Numbered from the stretch's first letter, positions 8,846-18,868 are shown. The stretch: DNA of 64,000 bases from Nitrospirota bacterium (GCA_963703955.1 CAVPGK010000006.1:32001-96000), one strand, 5' to 3'. The notes: a model not told the origin generated them from the letters alone. Translations and numbers: made by a program.

Positions 8846-11800
8846 TTAGCTCCGCAGGTTGATCCAGGAGATGTACCTGCTCCTAGCTCCACCCGCATTC
8901 GTACAATAAGAGTTTAGTGTGCCGGTACTGGACTGAATGAAGCCTGTCATGCCCTTCTGACACCCACCACCGGCTCCAGCGGTGCCACCACCACCACTTC
9001 CCTGACTCCCAAGGTGAACAGCAACCTGAGACGCCACGCCCGATCCAGTGCCGAGCGAAATGCTCTTATTGACATTGGTGTTACCGCCAGACGTCGTTGT
9101 GCCAACGACAGGGTCCTTGGGCGCGCTTCCAGTCAGGTAGAAGAGGCTGTAGAGATAACCATCACCTGACGACTTACAGATATCATTGACCGGTACAAAG
9201 CTCGTGAAGAGGACGACCCCACCGATGAGTGTTGGACTCACGACTACCCGTTCTCCTGTAATGGACAACCTCGTGAACCACCCTTCCTTGCTTTGAACTT
9301 TCCCTTGAAGTGAAGTCGTGCTCGTTCCCAGCAAGTCAGTAACACCCGGTACCCCCGTGACCTGGTTACCGCTACAGATGGTGCAAACCTGTGCACTGGA
9401 GACATCGACAAGATCATCTTCCATGCAGCTCGTAACGCTGGTCTGAGAACAAGTTTGATTCATCACTGAGTCTTTGAGCCCAAAGAAGTATTGCGTCTCA
9501 GTGTTTGTCTTATCGTCCCCACCATAATAGCGGCCTGTGCCGAAGAACACCCACATCTTATTGTTATCGTCCAGAGTGACAGTTGGAGCCGCGGTTATCG
9601 GTCCAACCTCCGTGCTGCCATTAAAGGTGTCGATCATCTCGGTGGGAACCCTGTTGGCACCAGAAGCTACCCCCCATGTTGAGGTTGTACAAGGGGCGCT
9701 ACTACAGGTCCCCATAGTTAAGCGGTACATTTTCCCTCGCCACGGAAGGACACCATCGTGGATCACCCTTCCGACGTATGCCACGTCCCCGCGATAATCA
9801 ATATCCTTGTCCACGCCAACTAGATCACCCATGAACGAATTCCAGCTTCCACTAGGCATGGTCGTAACCTGGCCGTTGGCTGCGCCCGGACCAGTTTTCA
9901 AGTCGACGGCGTAGATGTTGGCTGATTGTGCGAGGCCAGTCACATTGTCTTTGATTTCATAACTGGTCGGACCTGAACCAAACAGAACAAACCATTTTGC
10001 ATTTGTATTGTCAGTCTTTCCATCACTAGATGGACTCACACGCGTTACGCTCGGATAGCTAGTGGTCAATCCTTGACCAGCATCGCTGAATACCCAGAGC
10101 AATTTTGGATCCACTTCTGGATTTGTCACATCCAGTACAAAGTAGGCGCTGTAGAAGAAGCGAGTCTGGACTCCACTACCGAAATTCGCCGTGACGCTTA
10201 ATGGCGGCGCTCCCGCGGTAGGGCTGCAATTTCCACAACTCCCTCCCATCCGTAATCCGACAATCAAAACCGTCCCCCATCCATTGGGGTGATCGGTATC
10301 CGGTGTGAAAATACGAACATCAGTAGCCTTTGGTTTCAGGTCCACATAGTACACATGCTGATAGTTGGTGCTGGCCAACCACTGGAGCTGCGGAAGGACC
10401 TGATACGGTACGAACCCCCACAGTTCTTCGCCCAAGCCGGGGGTATTGGAGACAAGTGGAGGAGAAACCTGTTGGGTCGAAAACCAACCATGTTCCGTCA
10501 CACCAGACGTCGAAGCATCATCCCCCCGATTATAAAACCCGGCATTGAAAGCATGGAGCATTCCGTCATTGGCCCCCACGTAGGCCACATGCCTGCGGTT
10601 CCTGTATTTTAGGAAGAAGTCGGTATAGCTGCTGTCTCCATAGATGACGTCGTAGCGTTCTTTTGGAGCCGGCACGATTGTCGCCGTGGAGTGAATGATA
10701 TCTCCCAGCTTCCATACCTTGAGTGAACCGGACACCGTCAACTGGCGATCTCGAAGACCCGTGACTTGCTCTCCTCTGATGAAATTAACAATGTTGGCAG
10801 ACGTATAAGGGGATGCCCCTGCTCTGAGATATGGCGCGAGAACGGCAGAGTTGTCTGGGCTTGAGGCCTTAAATTCAATCTGCTCTCCACTGCCCACTAA
10901 GCCATTGTTATCGGTATCCACCCACGTCAGGATCTTGCGGGTACTCGCGTCTCTCAGTGCCAGTTGCTTTCCTGCCTCCCAAATAGGACGGATATCGCTG
11001 AGCTGCTTGTCGCAGTCTACGCAAACGGCCTTATCAGGAGTGCCATCGCCGTTTGTGTCCAGTGTCAGATCAGCTTTTCCATCCCCGTCACTATCCAGGT
11101 ACTTATCCACCTTCGTTTGGCCGGCGGCGGAGTCATATCGAGTGATGACTATCTTATCGGTCTTATAATTCAGTCTGCCGTCTCCATCGGTGTCTTCTCT
11201 TGTATTGCCGAACGTGTCCACGAAGAGTCCGTGCGTGTAACCTGTCCACTTCACATCGTTATTGGTGGCGAGCTCAATCGTGCTGGGATAGAAATAGGAT
11301 TGATACAAAGCACCCTCTCCATTGGATGAGGTGGCCAGCACCGACACCGAAGTCCCTGATGAACTCTTCCGGAGAATACTGCTGATCGTGGCCAGCATCT
11401 TGTCTTGAAGATCATCGACGTTGGATGATTCAAAATACGCGTCCGGAACTCCGTCCGGGGTTGGCGCCCCCGTCGCATTGTTCTCCTTATCATACTCGGC
11501 CGCCTGATCCGGAATATTATTTCCATTCGTATCATCAAACGACCCTTGCTTCGCCGTCTGCATCAAAACTTCTCGACCCGCCATGTTCCCGAACGCAAAG
11601 AAGCTATACACTGTCACGTTCTGCATCCCCGGTAGATCGTGACCTGCCACGTTGATTACCGGAACGGTACCTTGCCGTAGGTCAGTCGTATGCCCCCAGT
11701 AGGCCACGTCGTCCAAATAGTGGCTACCGCTTGAGGCATAATCGGTCTTGTGCTCCCCAGGCTGAGTTGCAACGCCAGGGTTTCCAATCAGAATAGTGGC

Positions 11801-13315
11801 CGGGGTTGCAGAGTTTGTATTGCAGGTCCCGTTCGGGTTGTGGATGGTCCCGCTGCCACCCGTGCAATGGAGTCCATGGATAGCAGACGGGACACCGCCG
11901 GCATGTGCCGGAAGACCTGGTTGGTCCTGCAAACTAGAAGGAACGCCTTGATCCTGGGTTGGCTCTCCATCTGTGAAAATCATGATGAACGTCTTACAGC
12001 AGGTGACCAGTTTCGAGGGATTCGACCATGCCGGCGAGTGATTGCTTCCGTAAAAATACGGGTCTCTCCCGCAGGCGCTGGCAATGTACCCGGCTGGGCA
12101 CGTCTCTGAGCCGGTGAGCGCACTGATCTCATTGGAGCCCACCGACCCTATTCCGTTCCCTTGAAAGGCCACCCCGTTCGAACTGCCTCCGGAGAAGGCG
12201 ATGGGATAGACATAACTGGTATTTTGAGGTGCGAATGCTGAATTCACTTGAGCGACGTACCGGATCGCGTCGTAAAGCGACTCAGAGAGCGGGGTCCAGG
12301 TTGAGGGGAACGACTCTCCGATCGCATCGAGCATTGCCGCCGTATTGGTGTTAAAGGTCTCAACGGTGGAGCCACTGAAGTCGATAGACTGGCGAGAACC
12401 GATACCAGTCAGCATTCGTCCACCGTTACCAGCTCCCTTAAATTCCAGCAATCCGAATCTGGCTTTACCTCCAATCTGTTGGATCACGCCGGTCGGCTCA
12501 CTACTTACAGAAAGACGCAGCGTCCTCTGCGATTCCGAAAACCCGTCACCATCGTTGCAAGATGTGGCCGTTGAACCGGGCTCAGTGGAATCATTATCCA
12601 CGCAGATCGTGCCACCCATCCCATTAGTTCCCCCTCGAAGATGGATCCAGAGGTTTGCCGGATTGCTGCCGGTTCCACCTTGCGCTGTGGTCACAGGGAT
12701 TCGCCCAACGTAACGATTTGAACCAGAGTTAGGAATCGAAGCTGTTGTAAAGTGTCCGTCGCCAGAGCTATCGAAGACAGTTTGAGCCTTGATCGTAATC
12801 ATGCTCGGTGAACCAGAAGCTGGACACGTCCCATCTGCATTACGCGTTACTACGCAATCTCCCCCTGACATGGCCTTCTTGACCGCATCGAACCGCCGGA
12901 ATGTCGCCCAATTGAGAAGGTTTCCGTCCCATTCAGTGCTTCCACAGGCCGCATTGACGGTGGCCGGAGATTTTGTAGCTGCTACGTCGAACCTCGTGCT
13001 CGTGGCATTGTAGGTGTAACACGACAGCGGATCGAACAAGCCACTGTACAAGGAATCGGCAACGAAACTTTGGTTGACCGGCGTTGTCGTGCCATCTGCG
13101 TGGGTTCCGCACCAGGTTGAATCACAGGCAGGGCCGGCCATGCTTCCTGAGTTATCCATAAGAATCAGAATATTCGGGGTCACCACATTGCTAATAAAGG
13201 GGGGCGTACTGCTGTATTGAGCGTTCGACTGCGCTGGAGAATCGCTCGGGTTCATCAGTTGCCCGCAAAGAGCAAGCGTCACGGTGGCGATCGCTATGAT
13301 GATCCGGGTTTTCAT
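8846..13315 (-). CDS. pilY1: Type IV pilus tip adhesin PilY1/PilC with N-terminal vWA domain
   Basis: Signal peptide; MIDAS-like DNSGS...T...FTDG; PilC beta-propeller motifs LGDIIHS, YVGANDGMLHAFNA, GEELWGFVP, VFFGTG; strong RBS before ATG 13315. Confidence 0.92.
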   Translation of the reverse strand: MKTRIIIAIATVTLALCGQLMNPSDSPAQSNAQYSSTPPFISNVVTPNILILMDNSGSMAGPACDSTWCGTHADGTTTPVNQSFVADSLYSGLFDPLSCYTYNATSTRFDVAATKSPATVNAACGSTEWDGNLLNWATFRRFDAVKKAMSGGDCVVTRNADGTCPASGSPSMITIKAQTVFDSSGDGHFTTASIPNSGSNRYVGRIPVTTAQGGTGSNPANLWIHLRGGTNGMGGTICVDNDSTEPGSTATSCNDGDGFSESQRTLRLSVSSEPTGVIQQIGGKARFGLLEFKGAGNGGRMLTGIGSRQSIDFSGSTVETFNTNTAAMLDAIGESFPSTWTPLSESLYDAIRYVAQVNSAFAPQNTSYVYPIAFSGGSSNGVAFQGNGIGSVGSNEISALTGSETCPAGYIASACGRDPYFYGSNHSPAWSNPSKLVTCCKTFIMIFTDGEPTQDQGVPSSLQDQPGLPAHAGGVPSAIHGLHCTGGSGTIHNPNGTCNTNSATPATILIGNPGVATQPGEHKTDYASSGSHYLDDVAYWGHTTDLRQGTVPVINVAGHDLPGMQNVTVYSFFAFGNMAGREVLMQTAKQGSFDDTNGNNIPDQAAEYDKENNATGAPTPDGVPDAYFESSNVDDLQDKMLATISSILRKSSSGTSVSVLATSSNGEGALYQSYFYPSTIELATNNDVKWTGYTHGLFVDTFGNTREDTDGDGRLNYKTDKIVITRYDSAAGQTKVDKYLDSDGDGKADLTLDTNGDGTPDKAVCVDCDKQLSDIRPIWEAGKQLALRDASTRKILTWVDTDNNGLVGSGEQIEFKASSPDNSAVLAPYLRAGASPYTSANIVNFIRGEQVTGLRDRQLTVSGSLKVWKLGDIIHSTATIVPAPKERYDVIYGDSSYTDFFLKYRNRRHVAYVGANDGMLHAFNAGFYNRGDDASTSGVTEHGWFSTQQVSPPLVSNTPGLGEELWGFVPYQVLPQLQWLASTNYQHVYYVDLKPKATDVRIFTPDTDHPNGWGTVLIVGLRMGGSCGNCSPTAGAPPLSVTANFGSGVQTRFFYSAYFVLDVTNPEVDPKLLWVFSDAGQGLTTSYPSVTRVSPSSDGKTDNTNAKWFVLFGSGPTSYEIKDNVTGLAQSANIYAVDLKTGPGAANGQVTTMPSGSWNSFMGDLVGVDKDIDYRGDVAYVGRVIHDGVLPWRGKMYRLTMGTCSSAPCTTSTWGVASGANRVPTEMIDTFNGSTEVGPITAAPTVTLDDNNKMWVFFGTGRYYGGDDKTNTETQYFFGLKDSVMNQTCSQTSVTSCMEDDLVDVSSAQVCTICSGNQVTGVPGVTDLLGTSTTSLQGKVQSKEGWFTRLSITGERVVVSPTLIGGVVLFTSFVPVNDICKSSGDGYLYSLFYLTGSAPKDPVVGTTTSGGNTNVNKSISLGTGSGVASQVAVHLGSQGSGGGGTAGAGGGCQKGMTGFIQSSTGTLNSYCTNAGGARSRYISWINLRS

Positions 13316-13379
13316 GGCAGCCTTCCTCCTCATCCTTCTCAACGGCTCTCCATACCTATGACTGTTCAGGTCTTCAGGC

Positions 13380-13691
13380 TCACCTCGGTAGGATCAGCAC
13401 TATCTTGTCGATGCGTTCCTGTTTCAGGTGAAATTTGACTTCTGCATTCTCCACGATGTCATGGGGTTCCATCAGATTACCCCGTTCGTTCTTGATGACA
13501 ACTCCAGGCATGAGCTCGTAGCTTTTATTGTCGATCTCAAGCGTATTCCCTCGGATGCCCGTCACCATTCCAGACAAGAAAGTGCTCGAAGCATCCGAAT
13601 CCGATGTTTGGGCCAGCCCAGACGAGGCCGCATTTCCAAGTAACAACATTCCGACCATAAGCAGAACATGCGCGAACCGAAGCATAGCCAT
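13380..13691 (-). CDS. Small exported beta-rich hypothetical protein (OB-fold-like)
   Basis: Signal peptide ending GLA-Q, then SGMVTGIRGNTLEIDNKSY...EVKFHL; sits between pilX and pilY1. Confidence 0.65.
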   Translation of the reverse strand: MAMLRFAHVLLMVGMLLLGNAASSGLAQTSDSDASSTFLSGMVTGIRGNTLEIDNKSYELMPGVVIKNERGNLMEPHDIVENAEVKFHLKQERIDKIVLILPR

Positions 13692-13777
13692 CCGTCGATT
13701 GGGCTTGTTGGTCTGTTCTTCAACCTGATCGTGGATGTATCTTGCCGAACGAAGTAGCATGGCGTCACCCCTCGGAT

Positions 13778-14407
13778 CTATTTCTGACAACTGTCTCCGG
13801 TTGCCGTACAAGCATACACCGCGGCAATTCGGCTGGTTGTCCCAGTCGCCGCGTTGGTCGCTGTGCAATCGACCCGATAGAAAATATCGGCTCCACCACC
13901 TGCTAAGCCACTACCCATTCCGTCATACGCGTTGGCAAACATGATGGCGCCCCCGGCCTTTGTCTTTACGTAGAGACGGTCGATGTCTCCACGAACAGTG
14001 AACCCTCCGATGTTTGCAACCGTATTCGGAGCCGTATTGACATCATCGGCATTGTTGTCTAACTGCCCCATGATTTCTTGATTCAATGTCGGCCCATTCA
14101 ACGACGGCACCGGCCCCGCCGGGCTGGCCGAATCCAGATGAGTGGCTGGCAGTTGGCCCGCATCGATCGTCTGTTGAATAACATTGACGGCAGTCTCCAT
14201 GCAGGACTCAGCCGCTGTGGCCGCCGACTCGCCGGTGCGTCCGAACCCGGCCATTCGGTTCTCAAGTCCTGTTACTGAAATGGCCGCGATCCCGATAATG
14301 GTCATGACAGCCAGGATCATCAAGACGGTCAATAAGGTCACCCCGTGTTGATTTCCGGCGGCACTGTCTCTGAAGTACTGCGTCATAGGATCCTTTGGCA
14401 TGCTCAA
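13778..14407 (-). CDS. pilX: Type IV pilus minor pilin PilX-like
   Basis: QHG/VTLLTVLMIL cleavage site lacking Glu+5 (typical of PilX), and ENRMAG...AAES motif. Confidence 0.82.
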   Translation of the reverse strand: MSMPKDPMTQYFRDSAAGNQHGVTLLTVLMILAVMTIIGIAAISVTGLENRMAGFGRTGESAATAAESCMETAVNVIQQTIDAGQLPATHLDSASPAGPVPSLNGPTLNQEIMGQLDNNADDVNTAPNTVANIGGFTVRGDIDRLYVKTKAGGAIMFANAYDGMGSGLAGGGADIFYRVDCTATNAATGTTSRIAAVYACTATGDSCQK

Positions 14408-15492
14408 AGCCCGATATTCCTGGTCTCTACAGTCCTCGTCAGAACACGCCGGCGGAGCGGCGAAGCGGCTAAATTGTTGTCGCCATCAACATTCATGGCC
14501 ACTGAGTTGTTCACGCCTTGGGATTTGCCTTCTCCAAATCCCAGATCGGCCCTAGTTTGTTGCGCGACGATCGTCACCCGGACCATCCTAATCGAGTCTG
14601 GGCTCATGGGCGGGAACGCCCAATTGGCGTTCGAAACGAAATCTCCCGCCGTAAACCCCCCGATGCCGCCTCCGTCCTGGTCATCAATGATTCGGTCAGC
14701 CACCCCTCCGTTCACAGTTGATACACATCCGTCACAAGCATAAGCTAATTGGAGATCCACGATTCCTTCAGCAATCGGGAGCAGGTTGGGGGCGACGCCG
14801 CGCAGAAGACAGGGGGCGTTCCCTCCACAAGTCGCCGCGTTGGTGTTGACCTGATAGGTGATGCATTGCAATAGAAACACGGGTGTGCCGGCCGGAAAAA
14901 CTGTCGGTGCAGGAACTTGAACCGGTGTGCCCGTAGGTGTCCCAAGCGCGAGCGAACCGGAGGCCGGATTAACAGGCCCTATGACTGCCTGTGACATCGC
15001 GCCACCAATTGATATGGATGAACCTGCCACAAGCCCAGCGGCCACCATATCGTTCAAATCCGAAGGGGAAAGCGAGAGTTGTGTAAATGGTCCTCTCGCC
15101 TCTGCGGTGAGCGTCCATAGCGCCCCGGTCGCACTTGTAAGTGGGACCACTATATTGGCACTATCAGCTCCAGCATCAGCTCCGGCTGGATTGTTATCGA
15201 GCGGCACAATCCCATTGTTGCAGGCTCCTATGGCTCCTGTAACCATACCGCCGTATCCCGCCATTTTGAGGTCATGGGTGATCAACTCCATGGCCACGCG
15301 AGCGTTTTGCTGAGTCTGAGCGGTCAGGTCATTGATATTGGTGGCCTTATCGCTTCCGATGAGCGCGGTCCCCGCAGTCGCAATCAGCACGAGAGAAATG
15401 GACAGACCGATCATGAGTTCAACAAGCGTGACCCCTTGCTGCCCTCGCCACGTCATTCTCAAATGTTCCTGACGGTTACCTTGTTGAGTCAT
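14404..15492 (-). CDS. pilW: Type IV pilus minor pilin PilW-like
   Basis: QQG/VTLVELMIG prepilin motif, QNARVAMELITHDLKMAGY, IAEGIVDLQLAY and C-terminal VETRN. Confidence 0.87.
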   Translation of the reverse strand: MTQQGNRQEHLRMTWRGQQGVTLVELMIGLSISLVLIATAGTALIGSDKATNINDLTAQTQQNARVAMELITHDLKMAGYGGMVTGAIGACNNGIVPLDNNPAGADAGADSANIVVPLTSATGALWTLTAEARGPFTQLSLSPSDLNDMVAAGLVAGSSISIGGAMSQAVIGPVNPASGSLALGTPTGTPVQVPAPTVFPAGTPVFLLQCITYQVNTNAATCGGNAPCLLRGVAPNLLPIAEGIVDLQLAYACDGCVSTVNGGVADRIIDDQDGGGIGGFTAGDFVSNANWAFPPMSPDSIRMVRVTIVAQQTRADLGFGEGKSQGVNNSVAMNVDGDNNLAASPLRRRVLTRTVETRNIGL

Positions 15493-15493
15493 G

Positions 15494-16027
15494 CTATTCA
15501 GGAGCCACAACGGAGGTTAGTCGCAATGCCGTGCCCGTTAGCCTGCTGGTCTCACTGTTCATTGACCGATTCCACGTCACCGTGACAACGACCTGGTTTT
15601 GATTGAGTCCGGCAGGACCCATCGGCGTCACGTTCACCTGCCCTGTAATGCCGGGGATCCCTGATGCAGTCAATCTTGCTTGCCACTGTGCAAAATCACC
15701 AGCCGCCATCGGTTGAGTCACAGGATCCGGGCTCGTTAGAGCATTCGATGTCTGGATCCCCGTTCCGAAGCCCCCTCCCGCGCAGGGGCATCCATTGTAA
15801 GCAAGCACGTTCCGACGATTGAATTGGATACGTTCCATCATATCAGCGGCAAGATTTGTGACCTGGGATAGCTGATTCGCATCGATATTGCGTCCGAGCG
15901 ATATGCTTTGCATTCCAGCCAGAGCCAACAAGCCGACGGCGATAATGGCGAGCGAGAGCATGCTCTCAATCAGCGTGAAGCCCTCTTGATTGCTTAGGGT
16001 AATGGTTCTTGAGCCCAGCGCTTTCAC
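15494..16027 (-). CDS. pilV: Type IV pilus minor pilin PilV
   Basis: QEG/FTLIESMLSLAIIAVGLLALAGMQ, LAADMMERIQFN and DFAQWQ motifs. Confidence 0.88.
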   Translation of the reverse strand: MKALGSRTITLSNQEGFTLIESMLSLAIIAVGLLALAGMQSISLGRNIDANQLSQVTNLAADMMERIQFNRRNVLAYNGCPCAGGGFGTGIQTSNALTSPDPVTQPMAAGDFAQWQARLTASGIPGITGQVNVTPMGPAGLNQNQVVVTVTWNRSMNSETSRLTGTALRLTSVVAPE

Positions 16028-16047
16028 GATGTTTAATTCCTAACCTA

Positions 16048-16497
16048 CTAACAGACGCCGGTCGCATTTGGGCACCAACGGGTTTTCCCTCCAGCAGAGA
16101 TCCCGATGGAATAGGTCTGGCCCGAGTTATTGCTTAACAGAATGGGACCCCCGGCCCCTACCAGCAGTCCCAGGGAATTGAATCGGACAGTTGTTGCCGC
16201 CGTCATGATTCCGATCGGCATGACCAATGGAGGTATCGCCCCGCCAAAGTCCGCCGTCCATTGACTACTGGCCATTGCTAAGGTCATGGTGACCGAACTA
16301 TTTCGATTCATAGCCGCCAACCGCGCCAGGTTTAGACTACCTTGGAGCTCGGTTGTCACTTGCTTGAGTTGAGACCTGGCACTCCACTGCAGGTAATTTG
16401 GAACGGCCATGGCCGCAGCAATCCCCATAATCCCCACAACAATCAGGACTTCTATCAAGGTAAATCCTTTTTCTCTTTGGGATTGTGGAATTTTCAT
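16048..16497 (-). CDS. FimT/FimU (GspH-like) minor pilin
   Basis: EKG/FTLIEVLIVV prepilin motif, LNLARLAAM and VRFNSLG. Confidence 0.87.
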   Translation of the reverse strand: MKIPQSQREKGFTLIEVLIVVGIMGIAAAMAVPNYLQWSARSQLKQVTTELQGSLNLARLAAMNRNSSVTMTLAMASSQWTADFGGAIPPLVMPIGIMTAATTVRFNSLGLLVGAGGPILLSNNSGQTYSIGISAGGKTRWCPNATGVC

Positions 16498-16512
16498 AGC
16501 GGTAGAAAGTGT

Positions 16513-16528
16513 AGCACGCGTTGTGCCG
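16513..16528 (-). promoter_or_regulatory. Putative sigma54 (-24/-12) promoter for the fimT-pilV-pilW-pilX-pilY1 set
   Basis: Minus strand reads CGGCACAACGCGTGCT, i.e. GG-N10-GC, close to the TGGCAC-N5-TTGC consensus. Confidence 0.65.
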
Positions 16529-16554
16529 ACACCTTTCAGAGGAGGAAGAGTTCC

Positions 16555-16567
16555 TAACGCATTGATT
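16555..16567 (-). promoter_or_regulatory. IHF binding site
   Basis: Minus strand AATCAATGCGTTA matches WATCAANNNNTTR exactly, just upstream of the sigma54 site. Confidence 0.6.
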
Positions 16568-16645
16568 TACGTAGGAGTGGGCCTTATGAGGAGTGGTAAG
16601 TCTGCTCTAATTACGTTCGATCAGGACAAATTTCGGCAATCTCCG

Positions 16646-18097
16646 TCAGTACTTCGGTCGCCAAGAGCCAGGGGCTAGGTAGACAAGAGGGACGCCTTGG
16701 AATAATCCACTCTTCAGATCATGGTTGTACCACACTTCAATAGGACCATAAGTTTTTGACAAAGCGAGCACTTTGCCTTCGGTCACCAAGGCTCCATAGA
16801 TACGAGGCTGCCCGTCATACAGAAGTTCGCCAGCGGTATAAAGTACGCCTTGAATATGTATGTTCGAAAGTTCGACGGGGATTCTGGATCCCAGAGAGGC
16901 TATCCCCTCAGTCGGTGGACTCAGGACAGGCACCGGCTTTCCTACCCCTGTCGGCTTTAGGTGCAGATGCGCGTTGACGATGAACAGGCCCTCGGCATAC
17001 TCCGTCGTCAGGGATACAGTCCCCAGATTGTCAGCACGTGGGGGAAGCCGGTCGAGCGTGTCGATGAACACAAGCCCATGATGATCACCAACAAATCGCG
17101 ATCCGAAGACCTCATCGGGGGTCAAACCTAATCCCGGCTGTATCGTGCCGTTTCGATATAACAATCCGTCACGGTCTCGTGCATAGTATGACCCAAAAAC
17201 AATGGCGTTCTTTTTCATGGTCTCATAATCCCAGGAGGTCTCGTGCAAACCGGGATACGGCTCCTGATTGGGATACAAATTTGACGGCAGGACCGAGGAC
17301 GAAGAAGGTGAGGACAGGAACAAAGCATTGCCGCCGACAAAGATCTCCAACCAGCGATCCTCTCGTAGGGACGACTCCGCATAGGACTGACCAGTCACTG
17401 ACGCCATTTGAGTTTTTGTCGGAAAGTCCTCCCTTCTTCCAAATCGAGCATCTCCTTTGATCTTCATCTCTCCCCAATGCATCCAGACCGGGAAAACAGT
17501 TTCGGAGTCTTCTGTGGTATTGCCGTTGTTGCCTACTTGGACGCCCACTCGAAGTGGCGGCACACTCCTGGCGCCAAGTTGTACGGCTAGAGTGCGTGTC
17601 AAATTTCGGGCTTCTGCCGTCACCTCCACTGTACACAGAAGACCTGGACGACTCGGACCGTAGACCTTCAACTTAAGAATGCGACCTAATGAACGAAGTG
17701 ATCGAAACCACCCGCGAACCGGGTCATTGAGGGTCTGATCATCCATTGGCCGAGAGGCGTCATACACAATATCCGGGCTCGTGCTGCTCCCGGTAAATTG
17801 AGAGTTTCCAGTTGAGTCGAAGAAGGACGGACCGTTTTCCGACAGATCAAATCGTTTTGCCAGCAGATCGGCTATCGTTCCCTCTGGGGCCGAACCTGGA
17901 TCATGAAACCATTGGATCACCAAATCTGACCCAGCCTCTGCTAGATGCTCTGCAACAGCCTCGTCTCCGGCCGCCCCAATTTGGACAATTTCATGGGTCG
18001 CTAGATTCAACGACACAGTCCCCAACATCGTAAGAATCACCGTCACAAGGACTGCTCCGAGCAGCGCAGTCCCTCGTTCATTTCTACGTGCTCTCAT
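16646..18097 (-). CDS. Long PilX-like prepilin-type protein
   Basis: NERG/TALLGAVLV cleavage motif lacking Glu+5, HLAEAG motif, large C-terminal region ending IYGALVTEG...GSWR, and RBS AAAGGAG. Confidence 0.75.
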   Translation of the reverse strand: MRARRNERGTALLGAVLVTVILTMLGTVSLNLATHEIVQIGAAGDEAVAEHLAEAGSDLVIQWFHDPGSAPEGTIADLLAKRFDLSENGPSFFDSTGNSQFTGSSTSPDIVYDASRPMDDQTLNDPVRGWFRSLRSLGRILKLKVYGPSRPGLLCTVEVTAEARNLTRTLAVQLGARSVPPLRVGVQVGNNGNTTEDSETVFPVWMHWGEMKIKGDARFGRREDFPTKTQMASVTGQSYAESSLREDRWLEIFVGGNALFLSSPSSSSVLPSNLYPNQEPYPGLHETSWDYETMKKNAIVFGSYYARDRDGLLYRNGTIQPGLGLTPDEVFGSRFVGDHHGLVFIDTLDRLPPRADNLGTVSLTTEYAEGLFIVNAHLHLKPTGVGKPVPVLSPPTEGIASLGSRIPVELSNIHIQGVLYTAGELLYDGQPRIYGALVTEGKVLALSKTYGPIEVWYNHDLKSGLFQGVPLVYLAPGSWRPKY

Positions 18098-18116
18098 AAT
18101 CCTGCTTTCTCCTTTC

Positions 18117-18851
18117 TTATTGTGTACGGAGACCCACTTCACTTGTTAGAACTCTATGATTTCTGCCACTGGCAAGCTCCATCTTCACACGAGAAACAAT
18201 CGCTGGGTCCAAGGTTGGTCTTCCATGTCTGTCCGCATAGCTGAGGGAAAAGAAGGCGACGTCGCTCACAACTGGATTGGCTCCCCCATCCACCTGTCGC
18301 ATGAGACTGACTCTTCCGCTACGGCTCTTGGACAAGTAATAGCGAACGCGATTCAAGATCATGACTTCACTTCCGCCCGGAAAAGCTTGCCCCAGTGGAC
18401 TGGCTAAACTCAATGATGTCCGTTGGCCATCCCGAGCCAAATGGTTTTCTACGCAGCGTTCGTTTGAACAAATCAAGACTCGTTTTCCTTTCACCCACCC
18501 GGATCCATCCACGACTGGCAGTTCCGCCACCTCAGGCGACACCGTTCCAGTCAGATTCGTTGTATACCCGCCAATATTGGCATTAAACTCAATTTCCTGT
18601 TGATCGGCACGAAGTACTGCAGGGGTGCGCGACACACCAGATCCCGCCAGTCGCAGTTCTTCCCGCATAACCCCTATACCGATTCGCTGGTCCTGATGCA
18701 GTCCGATCGTGTCATATTGATCCCACATCCGTTGTTGGAAGTGAGTAAGCATCTGGATGGTTGCGGAAAGCACGACCAGGCCTGCTGCTACGGCGATCAT
18801 CAGCTCAACCAGACAGACGCCCGAACTATTTTTCAGCGTTTGGATATTCAT
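18117..18851 (-). CDS. PilW-like minor pilin (second set)
   Basis: SSG/VCLVELMIA prepilin motif, MREELRLAG, RVRYYL and SEVGLR. Confidence 0.8.
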   Translation of the reverse strand: MNIQTLKNSSGVCLVELMIAVAAGLVVLSATIQMLTHFQQRMWDQYDTIGLHQDQRIGIGVMREELRLAGSGVSRTPAVLRADQQEIEFNANIGGYTTNLTGTVSPEVAELPVVDGSGWVKGKRVLICSNERCVENHLARDGQRTSLSLASPLGQAFPGGSEVMILNRVRYYLSKSRSGRVSLMRQVDGGANPVVSDVAFFSLSYADRHGRPTLDPAIVSRVKMELASGRNHRVLTSEVGLRTQ

Positions 18852-18868
18852 GCAAGATCTCATTGCAG

